Assembly (NCBI GenBank): GCA_964016885.1
Contig: OZ024741.1
Location: 409,200,001-409,264,000, forward strand
DNA from: Eledone cirrhosa
Lineage: Eukaryota
Length of the DNA: 64,000 nucleotides
Direction: 5' to 3'
Shown here: positions 13,050-28,200 of the stretch, in pieces
Layout of the letters: each line of letters begins with the position of its first letter
Position numbering within the stretch: the first letter of the stretch is position 1
Notes under the pieces: model-generated
Database searches by the model: none
What the model saw: the letters and a program-made list of their open reading frames with translations, nothing else
What the model was told of the DNA's origin: nothing
Made by a program: the position numbers and the translations under genes

Positions 13050-16000
13050 CCTATTTTAAGAGGAAGCAGATACCTATTTTAAAAGGAATACTGTACCTAT
13101 TTTAAAAGGAAGACTGTGTACCTATATTAAAAGGGAGACTGTGTACGTATTTTAAAAGGAAGACTGTGTACCTATTTTAAAAGGGAGACTTACCTATTTT
13201 AAAAGGAAGACTGTACCTATTTTAAAAGGAAGACTGTACCTATTTTAAAAGGAAGACTGTGTACCTATTTTAAAAGGGAGACTGTACCTATTTTAAAAGG
13301 AAGACTCTACCTATTTTAAAAGGAAGACTGTACCTATTTTAAAAGGAAGACTGTGTACCTATTTTAAAAGGAAGACTGTACCTATTTTAAAATGAAGACT
13401 GTGTACCTGTTTTAAAAGGGAGACTGTGTACCTATTTTAAAAGGGAGACTGTGTACCTATTTTAAAAAGAAGACTGTACCTATTTTAAAATGAAGACTGT
13501 GTACCTGTTTTAAAAGGGAGACTGTGTACCTATTTTAAAAGGGAGACTGTGTACCTATTTTAAAAGGAAGACTTACCTATTTTAAAAGGAAGACTGTGTA
13601 CCTATTTTAAAAGGGAGACTGTACCTATTTTAAAAGGAAGACTGTGTACGTATTTTAAAAGGGAGACTGTGTACCTATTTTAAAAAGAAGACTGTACCTA
13701 TTTTAAAAGGAAGACTCTACCTATTTTAAAAGGAAGACTGTGTACCTATTTTAAAAGGGAGACTGCACCTATTTTAAAAGGGAGATTGTACCTATTTTAA
13801 AAGGAAGACTGTACCTATTTTAGAAGGAAGACTGTACCTATTTTAAAAGGAAGACTGTGTACCTATTTTAAAAGGAAGACTTACCTATTTCAAAAGGAAG
13901 ACTATGTACCTATTTTAAAAGGGAGACTGTGTACCTATTTTAAGAGGAAGAAGATACCTATTTTAAAAGGAAGACCGTGTACCTATTTTAAAAGAGAGAT
14001 TGTACCTATTTTAAAAGGAAGACTGTACCTATTTTAAAAGGAAGACTGTACATGTTTTAAAAGGAAGACTGTGTACCTATTTTAAAAGGAAGACTGTACC
14101 TATTTTAAAAGGAAGACTGTACCTATTTTAAAAGGAAGACTGTACCTATGTTAAAAAGAAGACTGTACCTATTTTAAAAGGAAGACTGTACCTATTTTAA
14201 AAGGAAGACTGTGTACCTATTTTAAAAGAGAGACTGTACCTATTTTAAAAGGAAGACTGTACTTATTTTAAAAGGAAGACTGTACCTATTTTAAAAGGGA
14301 GACTGTGTACCTATTTTAAAAGGAAGACTGTACCTATTTTAAAAAGAAGACTGTACCTATTTTAAAAAGAAGACTGTACCTATTTTAAAAGGAAGACTGT
14401 ACCTATTTTAAAAGGAAGATTGTGTACCTATTTTAAAAGAGAAACTGTACCTATCTTAAAAGGAAGACTGTACTTATTTTAAAAGGAAGACTGTACCTAT
14501 TTTAAAAGGGACACTGTGTACCTATTTTAAAAGGGAGACTGTACCTATTTTAAAAGGAAGACTGTGTACCTGTTTTAAAAGGGAGACTGTACCTATTTTA
14601 AAAAAGAGACTCTACCTATTTTAAAAGGAAGACTGTACCTATTTTAAAAGGAAGACTGTACCTATTTTAAAAGGAAGACTGTACCTATTTTAAAAGGGAG
14701 ACTGTGTACCTATTTTAAAAGGGAGACTGTACCTATTTTAAAAGGAAGACTGTGTACGTATTTTAAAAGGGAGATGTACCTATTTTAAAAAGAAGACTGT
14801 ACCTATTTTAAAAGGAAGACTCTACATATTTTAAAAGGAAGACTGTGTACCTATTTTAAAAGGGAGACTGCACCTATTTTAAAAGGGAGACTGTACCTAT
14901 TTTAAAAGGAAGACTGTACCTATTTTAAAAGGAAGACTGTACCTATTTTAAAAGGAAGACTCTACCTATTTTAAAAGGAAGACTGTGTACCTATTTTAAA
15001 AGGGAGACTATGTACCTATTTTAAGAGGAAGCAGATACCTATTTTAAAAGGAAGACTGTGTACCTATTTTAAAAGGGAGACTGTACCTATTTTAAAAGGA
15101 AGACTGTATCTATTTTAAAAGGAATACTGTACCTATTTTAAAAGGAAGACTGTACCTATTTTAAAAAGAAGACTGTACCTATTTTAAAAGGAAGACTGTA
15201 CCTATTTTAAGAGGAAGATTGTGTACCTATTTTAAAAGAGAGACTGTACCTATTTTAAAAGGAAGACTGTACTTATTTTAAAAGGAAGACTGTGTACGTA
15301 TTTTAAAAGGGAGATGTACCTATTTTAAAAAGAAGACTGTACCTATTTTAAAAGGAAGAATGTACATATTTTAAAAGGAAGACTGTGTACCTATTTTAAA
15401 AGGGAGACTGTGTACCTATTTTAAAAGGAAGACTGTACCTATTTTAAAAGGAAGACTGTACCTATTTTAAAAGGAAGACTGTACCTATTTTAAAAAGAAG
15501 ACTGTACCTATTTTAAAAGGAAGACTGTACCTATTTTAAAAGGAAGATTGTGTACCTATTTTAAAAGAGAGACTGTACCTATCTTAAAAGGAAGACTGTA
15601 CTTATTTTAAAAGGAAGACTGTACCTATTTTAAAAGGGAGACTGTGTACCTATTTTAAAAGGGAGACTGTACCTATTTTAAAAGGAAGACTGTGTACCTG
15701 TTTTAAAAGGGAGACTGTACCTATTTTAAAAGGGAGACTCTACCTATTTTAAAAGGAAGACTGTACCTATTTTAAAAGGAAGACTGTACCTATTTTAAAA
15801 GGAAGACTGTACCTATTTTAAAAGGGAGACTGTGTACCTATTTTAAAAGGGAGACTGTACCTATTTTAAAAGGAAGACTGTGTACGTATTTTAAAAGGGA
15901 GATGTACCTATTTTAAAAAGAAGACTGTACCTATTTTAAAAGGAAGACTCTACATATTTTAAAAGGAAGACTGTGTACCTATTTTAAAAGGGAGACTGCA

Positions 16001-19000
16001 CCTATTTTAAAAGGGAGACTGTACCTATTTTAAAAGGAAGACTGTACCTATTTTAAAAGGAAGACTGTACCTATTTTAAAAGGAAGACTGTGTACTTATT
16101 TTAAAAGGAAGACTGTGTACCTATTTTAAAAGGGAGACTATGTACCTATTTTAAGAGGAAGCAGATACCTATTTTAAAAGGAAGACTGTGTACCTATTTT
16201 AGAAGGGAGACTGTACCTATTTTAAAAGGAAGACTGTATCTATTTTAAAAGGAATACTGTACCTATTTTAAAAGGAAGACTGTGTACCTATATTAAAAGG
16301 GAGACTGTGTACGTATTTTAAAAGGAAGACTGTGTACCTATTTTAAAAGGGAGACTTACCTATTTTAAAAGGAAGACTGTACCTATTTTAAAAGGAAGAC
16401 TGTACCTATTTTAAAAGGAAGACTGTGTACCTATTTTAAAAGGGAGACTGTACCTATTTTAAAAGGAAGACTCTACCTATTTTAAAAGGAAGACTGTACC
16501 TATTTTAAAAGGAAGACTGTGTACCTATTTTAAAAGGAAGACTGTACCTATTTTAAAATGAAGACTGTGTACCTATTTTAAAAGGGAGACTGTGTACCTA
16601 TTTTAAAAAGAAGACTGTACCTATTTTAAAATGAAGACTGTGTACCTGTTTTAAAAGGGAGACTGTGTACCTATTTTAAAAAAGAGACTGTGTACCTATT
16701 TTAAAAGGAAGACTTACCTATTTTAAAAGGAAGACTGTGTACCTATTTTAAAAGGGAGACTGTACCTATTTTAAAAGGAAGACTGTGTACGTATTTTAAA
16801 AGGGAGACTGTGTACCTATTTTAAAAAGAAGACTGTACCTATTTTAAAAGGAAGACTCTACCTATTTTAAAAGGAAAGCTGTGTACCTATTTTAAAAGGG
16901 AGACTGCACCTATTTTAAAAGGGAGATTGTACCTATTTTAAAAGGAAGACTGTACCTATTTTAGAAGGAAGACTGTACCTATTTTAAAAGGAAGACTGTG
17001 TACCTATTTTAAAAGGAAGACTTACCTATTTCAAAAGGAAGACTATGTACCTATTTTAAAAGGGAGACTGTGTACCTATTTTAAGAGGAAGAAGATACCT
17101 ATTTTAAAAGGAAGACCGTGTACCTATTTTAAAAGGGAGACTGTACCTATTTTAAAAGGAAGACTGTACCTATTTTAAAAGGAAGACTGTACATGTTTTA
17201 AAAGGAAGACTGTGTACCTATTTTAAAAGGAAGACTGTACCTATTTTAAAAGGAAGATTGTACCTATTTTAAAAGGAAGACTGTACCTATTTTAAAAAGA
17301 AGACTGTACCTATTTTAAAAGGAAGACTGTACCTATTTTAAAAGGAAGATTGTGTACCTATTTTAAAAGAGAGACTGTACCTATCTTAAAAGGAAGACTG
17401 TACTTATTTTAAAAGGAAGACTGTACCTATTTTAAAAGGGAGACTGTGTACCTATTTTAAAAGGGAGACTGTACCTATTTTAAAAGGAAGACTGTGTACC
17501 CGTTTTAAAAGGGAGACTTTACCTATTTTAAAAGGAAGACTGTACCTATTTTAAAAGGAAGACTGTACCTATTTTAAAAGGGAGACTGTGTACCTATTTT
17601 AAAAGGGAGACTGTACCTATTTTAAAAGGAAGACTGTGTACGTATTTTAAAAGGGAGATGTACCTATTTTAAAAAGAAGACTGTACCTATTTTAAAAGGA
17701 AGACTCTACATATTTTAAAAGGAAGACTGTGTACCTATTTTAAAAGGGAGACTGCACCTATTTTAAAAGGGAGACTGTACCTATTTTAAAAGGAAGACTG
17801 TACCTATTTTAAAAGGAAGACTGTACCTATTTTAAAAGGAAGACTGTGTACTTATTTTAAAAGGAAGACTGTGTACCTATTTTAAAAGGGAGACTATGTA
17901 CCTATTTTAAGAGGAAGCAGATACCTATTTTAAAAGGAATACTGTACCTATTTTAAAAGGAAGACTGTGTACCTATATTAAAAGGGAGACTGTGTACGTA
18001 TTTTAAAAGGAAGACTGTGTACCTATTTTAAAAGGGAGACTTACCTATTTTAAAAGGAAGACTGTACCTATTTTAAAAGGAAGACTGTACCTATTTTAAA
18101 AGGAAGACTGTGTACCTATTTTAAAAGGGAGACTGTACCTATTTTAAAAGGAAGACTCTACCTATTTTAAAAGGAAGACTGTACCTATTTTAAAAGGAAG
18201 ACTGTGTACCTATTTTAAAAGGAAGACTGTACCTATTTTAAAATGAAGACTGTGTACCTGTTTTAAAAGGGAGACTGTGTACCTATTTTAAAAGGGAGAC
18301 TGTGTACCTATTTTAAAAAGAAGACTGTACCTATTTTAAAATGAAGACTGTGTACCTGTTTTAAAAGGGAGACTGTGTACCTATTTTAAAAGGGAGACTG
18401 TGTACCTATTTTAAAAGGAAGACTTACCTATTTTAAAAGGAAGACTGTGTACCTATTTTAAAAGGGAGACTGTACCTATTTTAAAAGGAAGACTGTGTAC
18501 GTATTTTAAAAGGGAGACTGTGTACCTATTTTAAAAAGAAGACTGTACCTATTTTAAAAGGAAGACTCTACCTATTTTAAAAGGAAGACTGTGTACCTAT
18601 TTTAAAAGGGAGACTGCACCTATTTTAAAAGGGAGATTGTACCTATTTTAAAAGGAAGACTGTACCTATTTTAGAAGGAAGACTGTACCTATTTTAAAAG
18701 GAAGACTGTGTACCTATTTTAAAAGGAAGACTTACCTATTTCAAAAGGAAGACTATGTACCTATTTTAAAAGGGAGACTGTGTACCTATTTTAAGAGGAA
18801 GAAGATACCTATTTTAAAAGGAAGACCGTGTACCTATTTTAAAAGAGAGATTGTACCTATTTTAAAAGGAAGACTGTACCTATTTTAAAAGGAAGACTGT
18901 ACATGTTTTAAAAGGAAGACTGTGTACCTATTTTAAAAGGAAGACTGTACCTATTTTAAAAGGAAGACTGTACCTATTTTAAAAGGAAGACTGTACCTAT

Positions 19001-22000
19001 GTTAAAAAGAAGACTGTACCTATTTTAAAAGGAAGACTGTACCTATTTTAAAAGGAAGACTGTGTACCTATTTTAAAAGAGAGACTGTACCTATTTTAAA
19101 AGGAAGACTGTACTTATTTTAAAAGGAAGACTGTACCTATTTTAAAAGGGAGACTGTGTACCTATTTTAAAAGGAAGACTGTACCTATTTTAAAAAGAAG
19201 ACTGTACCTATTTTAAAAAGAAGACTGTACCTATTTTAAAAGGAAGACTGTACCTATTTTAAAAGGAAGATTGTGTACCTATTTTAAAAGAGAAACTGTA
19301 CCTATCTTAAAAGGAAGACTGTACTTATTTTAAAAGGAAGACTGTACCTATTTTAAAAGGGACACTGTGTACCTATTTTAAAAGGGAGACTGTACCTATT
19401 TTAAAAGGAAGACTGTGTACCTGTTTTAAAAGGGAGACTGTACCTATTTTAAAAAAGAGACTCTACCTATTTTAAAAGGAAGACTGTACCTATTTTAAAA
19501 GGAAGACTGTACCTATTTTAAAAGGAAGACTGTACCTATTTTAAAAGGGAGACTGTGTACCTATTTTAAAAGGGAGACTGTACCTATTTTAAAAGGAAGA
19601 CTGTGTACGTATTTTAAAAGGGAGATGTACCTATTTTAAAAAGAAGACTGTACCTATTTTAAAAGGAAGACTCTACATATTTTAAAAGGAAGACTGTGTA
19701 CCTATTTTAAAAGGGAGACTGCACCTATTTTAAAAGGGAGACTGTACCTATTTTAAAAGGAAGACTGTACCTATTTTAAAAGGAAGACTGTACCTATTTT
19801 AAAAGGAAGACTCTACCTATTTTAAAAGGAAGACTGTGTACCTATTTTAAAAGGGAGACTATGTACCTATTTTAAGAGGAAGCAGATACCTATTTTAAAA
19901 GGAAGACTGTGTACCTATTTTAAAAGGGAGACTGTACCTATTTTAAAAGGAAGACTGTATCTATTTTAAAAGGAATACTGTACCTATTTTAAAAGGAAGA
20001 CTGTACCTATTTTAAAAAGAAGACTGTACCTATTTTAAAAGGAAGACTGTACCTATTTTAAGAGGAAGATTGTGTACCTATTTTAAAAGAGAGACTGTAC
20101 CTATTTTAAAAGGAAGACTGTACTTATTTTAAAAGGAAGACTGTGTACGTATTTTAAAAGGGAGATGTACCTATTTTAAAAAGAAGACTGTACCTATTTT
20201 AAAAGGAAGAATGTACATATTTTAAAAGGAAGACTGTGTACCTATTTTAAAAGGGAGACTGTGTACCTATTTTAAAAGGAAGACTGTACCTATTTTAAAA
20301 GGAAGACTGTACCTATTTTAAAAGGAAGACTGTACCTATCTTAAAAGGAAGACTGTACTTATTTTAAAAGGAAGACTGTACCTATTTTAAAAGGGAGACT
20401 GTGTACCTATTTTAAAAGGGAGACTGTACCTATTTTAAAAGGAAGACTGTGTACCTGTTTTAAAAGGGAGACTGTACCTATTTTAAAAGGGAGACTCTAC
20501 CTATTTTAAAAGGAAGACTGTACATATTTTAAAAGGAAGACTGTACCTATTTTAAAAGGAAGACTGTACCTATTTTAAAAGGGAGACTGTGTACCTATTT
20601 TAAAAGGGAGACTGTACCTATTTTAAAAGGAAGACTGTGTACGTATTTTAAAAGGGAGATGTACCTATTTTAAAAAGAAGACTGTACCTATTTTAAAAGG
20701 AAGACTCTACATATTTTAAAAGGAAGACTGTGTACCTATTTTAAAAGGGAGACTGCACCTATTTTAAAAGGGAGACTGTACCTATTTTAAAAGGAAGACT
20801 GTACCTATTTTAAAAGGAAGACTGTACCTATTTTAAAAGGAAGACTGTGTACTTATTTTAAAAGGAAGACTGTGTACCTATTTTAAAAGGGAGACTATGT
20901 ACCTATTTTAAGAGGAAGCAGATACCTATTTTAAAAGGAAGACTGTGTACCTATTTTAGAAGGGAGACTGTACCTATTTTAAAAGGAAGACTGTATCTAT
21001 TTTAAAAGGAATACTGTACCTATTTTAAAAGGAAGACTGTGTACCTATATTAAAAGGGAGACTGTGTACGTATTTTAAAAGGAAGACTGTGTACCTATTT
21101 TAAAAGGGAGACTTACCTATTTTAAAAGGAAGACTGTACCTATTTTAAAAGGAAGACTGTACCTATTTTAAAAGGAAGACTGTGTACCTATTTTAAAAGG
21201 GAGACTGTACCTATTTTAAAAGGAAGACTCTACCTATTTTAAAAGGAAGACTGTACCTATTTTAAAAGGAAGACTGTGTACCTATTTTAAAAGGAAGACT
21301 GTACCTATTTTAAAATGAAGACTGTGTACCTATTTTAAAAGGGAGACTGTGTACCTATTTTAAAAAGAAGACTGTACCTATTTTAAAATGAAGACTGTGT
21401 ACCTGTTTTAAAAGGGAGACTGTGTACCTATTTTAAAAAAGAGACTGTGTACCTATTTTAAAAGGAAGACTTACCTATTTTAAAAGGAAGACTGTGTACC
21501 TATTTTAAAAGGGAGACTGTACCTATTTTAAAAGGAAGACTGTGTACGTATTTTAAAAGGGAGACTGTGTACCTATTTTAAAAAGAAGACTGTACCTATT
21601 TTAAAAGGAAGACTCTACCTATTTTAAAAGGAAAGCTGTGTACCTATTTTAAAAGGGAGACTGCACCTATTTTAAAAGGGAGATTGTACCTATTTTAAAA
21701 GGAAGACTGTACCTATTTTAGAAGGAAGACTGTACCTATTTTAAAAGGAAGACTGTGTACCTATTTTAAAAGGAAGACTTACCTATTTCAAAAGGAAGAC
21801 TATGTACCTATTTTAAAAGGGAGACTGTGTACCTATTTTAAGAGGAAGAAGATACCTATTTTAAAAGGAAGACCGTGTACCTATTTTAAAAGGGAGACTG
21901 TACCTATTTTAAAAGGAAGACTGTACCTATTTTAAAAGGAAGACTGTACATGTTTTAAAAGGAAGACTGTGTACCTATTTTAAAAGGAAGACTGTACCTA

Positions 22001-22280
22001 TTTTAAAAGGAAGATTGTACCTATTTTAAAAGGAAGACTGTACCTATTTTAAAAAGAAGACTGTACCTATTTTAAAAGGAAGACTGTACCTATTTTAAAA
22101 GGAAGATTGTGTACCTATTTTAAAAGAGAGACTGTACCTATCTTAAAAGGAAGACTGTACTTATTTTAAAAGGAAGACTGTACCTATTTTAAAAGGGAGA
22201 CTGTGTACCTATTTTAAAAGGGAGACTGTACCTATTTTAAAAGGAAGACTGTGTACCCGTTTTAAAAGGGAGACTTTACC
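13050..22280 (+). repeat. Tandem duplication of ~4.8 kb (offset 4851, becoming 4757 after a 94-bp four-monomer deletion near 20,335)
   Basis: Offset 4851: GGAAGCAG followed directly by GGAATAC at 13062/17913, TATGTTAAAA at 14150/19001, GGGACACTG at 14508/19359. Offset 4757: AGAAGGGAG at 16201/20958, GGAAAGCTG at 16873/21630, GTACCCGTT at 17501/22258. Confidence 0.9.
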
Positions 22281-25200
22281 TATTTTAAAAGGAAGACTGT
22301 GTACGTATTTTAAAAGGGAGATGTACCTATTTTAAAAAGAAGACTGTACCTATTTTAAAAGGAAGACTCTACATATTTTAAAAGGAAGACTGTGTACCTA
22401 TTTTAAAAGGGAGACTGCACCTATTTTAAAAGGGAGACTGTACCTATTTTAAAAGGAAGACTGTACCTATTTTAAAAGGAAGACTGTACCTATTTTAAAA
22501 GGAAGACTGTGTACTTATTTTAAAAGGAAGACTGTGTACCTATTTTAAAAGGGAGACTATGTACCTATTTTAAGAGGAAGCAGATACCTATTTTAAAAGG
22601 AAGACTGTGTACCTATTTTAAAAGGGAGACTGTACCTATTTTAAAAGGAAGACTGTATCTATTTTAAAAGGAATACTGTACCTATTTTAAAAGGAAGACT
22701 GTACCTATTTTAAAAAGAAGACTGTACCTATTTTAAAAGGAAGACTGTACCTATTTTAAGAGGAAGATTGTGTACCTATTTTAAAAGAGAGACTGTACCT
22801 ATTTTAAAAGGAAGACTGTACTTATTTTAAAAGGAAGACTGTGTACGTATTTTAAAAGGGAGATGTACCTATTTTAAAAAGAAGACTGTACCTATTTTAA
22901 AAGGAAGACTGTACATATTTTAAAAGGAAGACTGTGTACCTATTTTAAAAGGGAGACTGTGTACCTATTTTAAAAGGAAGACTGTACCTATTTTAAAAGG
23001 AAGACTGTACCTATTTTAAAAGGAAGACTGTACCTATTTTAAAAGGAAGACTGTACCTATTTAAAAGGGAGACTGTGTACCTATTTTAAAAGGGAATCTG
23101 TACCTATTTTAAAAGGAAGACTGTGTACGTATTTTAAAAGGGAGATGTACCTATTTTAAAAAGAAGACTGTACCTATTTTAAAAGGAAGACTCTACATAT
23201 TTTAAAAGGAAGACTGTGTACCTATTTTAAAAGGGAGACTGCACCTATTTTAAAAGGGAGACTGTACCTATTTTAAAAGGAAGACTGTACCTATTTTAAA
23301 AGGAAGACTGTACCTATTTTAAAAGGAAGACTGTGTACTTATTTTAAAAGGAAGACTGTGTACCTATTTTAAAAGGGAGACTATGTACCTATTTTAAGAG
23401 GAAGCAGATACCTATTTTAAAAGGAAGACTGTGTACCTATTTTAAAAGGGAGACTGTACCTATTTTAAAAGGAAGACTGTATCTATTTTAAAAGGAATAC
23501 TGTACCTATTTTAAAAGGAAGACTGTGTACCTATTTTAAAAGGGAGACTCTACCTATTTTAAAAGGAAGACTGTACCTATTTTAAAAGGAAGACTGTACC
23601 TATTTTAAAAGGAAGACTGTACCTATTTTAAAAGGGAGACTGTGTACCTATTTTAAAAGGGAGACTGTACCTATTTTAAAAGGAAGACTGTGTACGTATT
23701 TTAAAAGGGAGATGTACCTATTTTAAAAAGAAGACTGTACCTATTTTAAAAGGAAGACTCTACATATTTTAAAAGGAAGACTGTGTACCTATTTTAAAAG
23801 GGAGACTGCACCTATTTTAAAAGGGAGACTGTACCTATTTTAAAAGGAAGACTGTACCTATTTTAAAAGGAAGACTGTACCTATTTTAAAAGGAAGACTG
23901 TGTACTTATTTTAAAAGGAAGACTGTGTACCTATTTTAAAAGGGAGACTATGTACCTATTTTAAGAGGAAGCAGATACCTATTTTAAAAGGAAGACTGTG
24001 TACCTATTTTAGAAGGGAGACTGTACCTATTTTAAAAGGAAGACTGTATCTATTTTAAAAGGAATACTGTACCTATTTTAAAAGGAAGACTGTGTACCTA
24101 TATTAAAAGGGAGACTGTGTACGTATTTTAAAAGGAAGACTGTGTACCTATTTTAAAAGGGAGACTTACCTATTTTAAAAGGAAGACTGTACCTATTTTA
24201 AAAGGAAGACTGTACCTATTTTAAAAGGAAGACTGTGTACCTATTTTAAAAGGGAGACTGTACCTATTTTAAAAGGAAGACTCTACCTATTTTAAAAGGA
24301 AGACTGTACCTATTTTAAAAGGAAGACTGTGTACCTATTTTAAAAGGAAGACTGTACCTATTTTAAAATGAAGACTGTGTACCTATTTTAAAAGGGAGAC
24401 TGTGTACCTATTTTAAAAAGAAGACTGTACCTATTTTAAAATGAAGACTGTGTACCTGTTTTAAAAGGGAGACTGTGTACCTATTTTAAAAAAGAGACTG
24501 TGTACCTATTTTAAAAGGAAGACTTACCTATTTTAAAAGGAAGACTGTGTACCTATTTTAAAAGGGAGACTGTACCTATTTTAAAAGGAAGACTGTGTAC
24601 GTATTTTAAAAGGGAGACTGTGTACCTATTTTAAAAAGAAGACTGTACCTATTTTAAAAGGAAGACTCTACCTATTTTAAAAGGAAAGCTGTGTACCTAT
24701 TTTAAAAGGGAGACTGCACCTATTTTAAAAGGGAGATTGTACCTATTTTAAAAGGAAGACTGTACCTATTTTAGAAGGAAGACTGTACCTATTTTAAAAG
24801 GAAGACTGTGTACCTATTTTAAAAGGAAGACTTACCTATTTCAAAAGGAAGACTATGTACCTATTTTAAAAGGGAGACTGTGTACCTATTTTAAGAGGAA
24901 GAAGATACCTATTTTAAAAGGAAGACCGTGTACCTATTTTAAAAGGGAGACTGTACCTATTTTAAAAGGAAGACTGTACCTATTTTAAAAGGAAGACTGT
25001 ACATGTTTTAAAAGGAAGACTGTGTACCTATTTTAAAAGGAAGACTGTACCTATTTTAAAAGGAAGATTGTACCTATTTTAAAAGGAAGACTGTACCTAT
25101 TTTAAAAAGAAGACTGTACCTATTTTAAAAGGAAGACTGTACCTATTTTAAAAGGAAGATTGTGTACCTATTTTAAAAGAGAGACTGTACCTATCTTAAA

Positions 25201-28200
25201 AGGAAGACTGTACTTATTTTAAAAGGAAGACTGTACCTATTTTAAAAGGGAGACTGTGTACCTATTTTAAAAGGGAGACTGTACCTATTTTAAAAGGAAG
25301 ACTGTGTACCCGTTTTAAAAGGGAGACTTTACCTATTTTAAAAGGAAGACTGTACCTATTTTAAAAGGAAGACTGTACCTATTTTAAAAGGGAGACTGTG
25401 TACCTATTTTAAAAGGGAGACTGTACCTATTTTAAAAGGAAGACTGTGTACGTATTTTAAAAGGGAGATGTACCTATTTTAAAAAGAAGACTGTACCTAT
25501 TTTAAAAGGAAGACTCTACATATTTTAAAAGGAAGACTGTGTACCTATTTTAAAAGGGAGACTGCACCTATTTTAAAAGGGAGACTGTACCTATTTTAAA
25601 AGGAAGACTGTACCTATTTTAAAAGGAAGACTGTACCTATTTTAAAAGGAAGACTGTGTACTTATTTTAAAAGGAAGACTGTGTACCTATTTTAAAAGGG
25701 AGACTATGTACCTATTTTAAGAGGAAGCAGATACCTATTTTAAAAGGAATACTGTACCTATTTTAAAAGGAAGACTGTGTACCTATATTAAAAGGGAGAC
25801 TGTGTACGTATTTTAAAAGGAAGACTGTGTACCTATTTTAAAAGGGAGACTTACCTATTTTAAAAGGAAGACTGTACCTATTTTAAAAGGAAGACTGTAC
25901 CTATTTTAAAAGGAAGACTGTGTACCTATTTTAAAAGGGAGACTGTACCTATTTTAAAAGGAAGACTCTACCTATTTTAAAAGGAAGACTGTACCTATTT
26001 TAAAAGGAAGACTGTGTACCTATTTTAAAAGGAAGACTGTACCTATTTTAAAATGAAGACTGTGTACCTGTTTTAAAAGGGAGACTGTGTACCTATTTTA
26101 AAAGGGAGACTGTGTACCTATTTTAAAAAGAAGACTGTACCTATTTTAAAATGAAGACTGTGTACCTGTTTTAAAAGGGAGACTGTGTACCTATTTTAAA
26201 AGGGAGACTGTGTACCTATTTTAAAAGGAAGACTTACCTATTTTAAAAGGAAGACTGTGTACCTATTTTAAAAGGGAGACTGTACCTATTTTAAAAGGAA
26301 GACTGTGTACGTATTTTAAAAGGGAGACTGTGTACCTATTTTAAAAAGAAGACTGTACCTATTTTAAAAGGAAGACTCTACCTATTTTAAAAGGAAGACT
26401 GTGTACCTATTTTAAAAGGGAGACTGCACCTATTTTAAAAGGGAGATTGTACCTATTTTAAAAGGAAGACTGTACCTATTTTAGAAGGAAGACTGTACCT
26501 ATTTTAAAAGGAAGACTGTGTACCTATTTTAAAAGGAAGACTTACCTATTTCAAAAGGAAGACTATGTACCTATTTTAAAAGGGAGACTGTGTACCTATT
26601 TTAAGAGGAAGAAGATACCTATTTTAAAAGGAAGACCGTGTACCTATTTTAAAAGAGAGATTGTACCTATTTTAAAAGGAAGACTGTACCTATTTTAAAA
26701 GGAAGACTGTACATGTTTTAAAAGGAAGACTGTGTACCTATTTTAAAAGGAAGACTGTACCTATTTTAAAAGGAAGACTGTACCTATTTTAAAAGGAAGA
26801 CTGTACCTATGTTAAAAAGAAGACTGTACCTATTTTAAAAGGAAGACTGTACCTATTTTAAAAGGAAGACTGTGTACCTATTTTAAAAGAGAGACTGTAC
26901 CTATTTTAAAAGGAAGACTGTACTTATTTTAAAAGGAAGACTGTACCTATTTTAAAAGGGAGACTGTGTACCTATTTTAAAAGGAAGACTGTACCTATTT
27001 TAAAAAGAAGACTGTACCTATTTTAAAAAGAAGACTGTACCTATTTTAAAAGGAAGACTGTACCTATTTTAAAAGGAAGATTGTGTACCTATTTTAAAAG
27101 AGAAACTGTACCTATCTTAAAAGGAAGACTGTACTTATTTTAAAAGGAAGACTGTACCTATTTTAAAAGGGACACTGTGTACCTATTTTAAAAGGGAGAC
27201 TGTACCTATTTTAAAAGGAAGACTGTGTACCTGTTTTAAAAGGGAGACTGTACCTATTTTAAAAAAGAGACTCTACCTATTTTAAAAGGAAGACTGTACC
27301 TATTTTAAAAGGAAGACTGTACCTATTTTAAAAGGAAGACTGTACCTATTTTAAAAGGGAGACTGTGTACCTATTTTAAAAGGGAGACTGTACCTATTTT
27401 AAAAGGAAGACTGTGTACGTATTTTAAAAGGGAGATGTACCTATTTTAAAAAGAAGACTGTACCTATTTTAAAAGGAAGACTCTACATATTTTAAAAGGA
27501 AGACTGTGTACCTATTTTAAAAGGGAGACTGCACCTATTTTAAAAGGGAGACTGTACCTATTTTAAAAGGAAGACTGTACCTATTTTAAAAGGAAGACTG
27601 TACCTATTTTAAAAGGAAGACTCTACCTATTTTAAAAGGAAGACTGTGTACCTATTTTAAAAGGGAGACTATGTACCTATTTTAAGAGGAAGCAGATACC
27701 TATTTTAAAAGGAAGACTGTGTACCTATTTTAAAAGGGAGACTGTACCTATTTTAAAAGGAAGACTGTATCTATTTTAAAAGGAATACTGTACCTATTTT
27801 AAAAGGAAGACTGTACCTATTTTAAAAAGAAGACTGTACCTATTTTAAAAGGAAGACTGTACCTATTTTAAGAGGAAGATTGTGTACCTATTTTAAAAGA
27901 GAGACTGTACCTATTTTAAAAGGAAGACTGTACTTATTTTAAAAGGAAGACTGTGTACGTATTTTAAAAGGGAGATGTACCTATTTTAAAAAGAAGACTG
28001 TACCTATTTTAAAAGGAAGAATGTACATATTTTAAAAGGAAGACTGTGTACCTATTTTAAAAGGGAGACTGTGTACCTATTTTAAAAGGAAGACTGTACC
28101 TATTTTAAAAGGAAGACTGTACCTATTTTAAAAGGAAGACTGTACCTATCTTAAAAGGAAGACTGTACTTATTTTAAAAGGAAGACTGTACCTATTTTAA

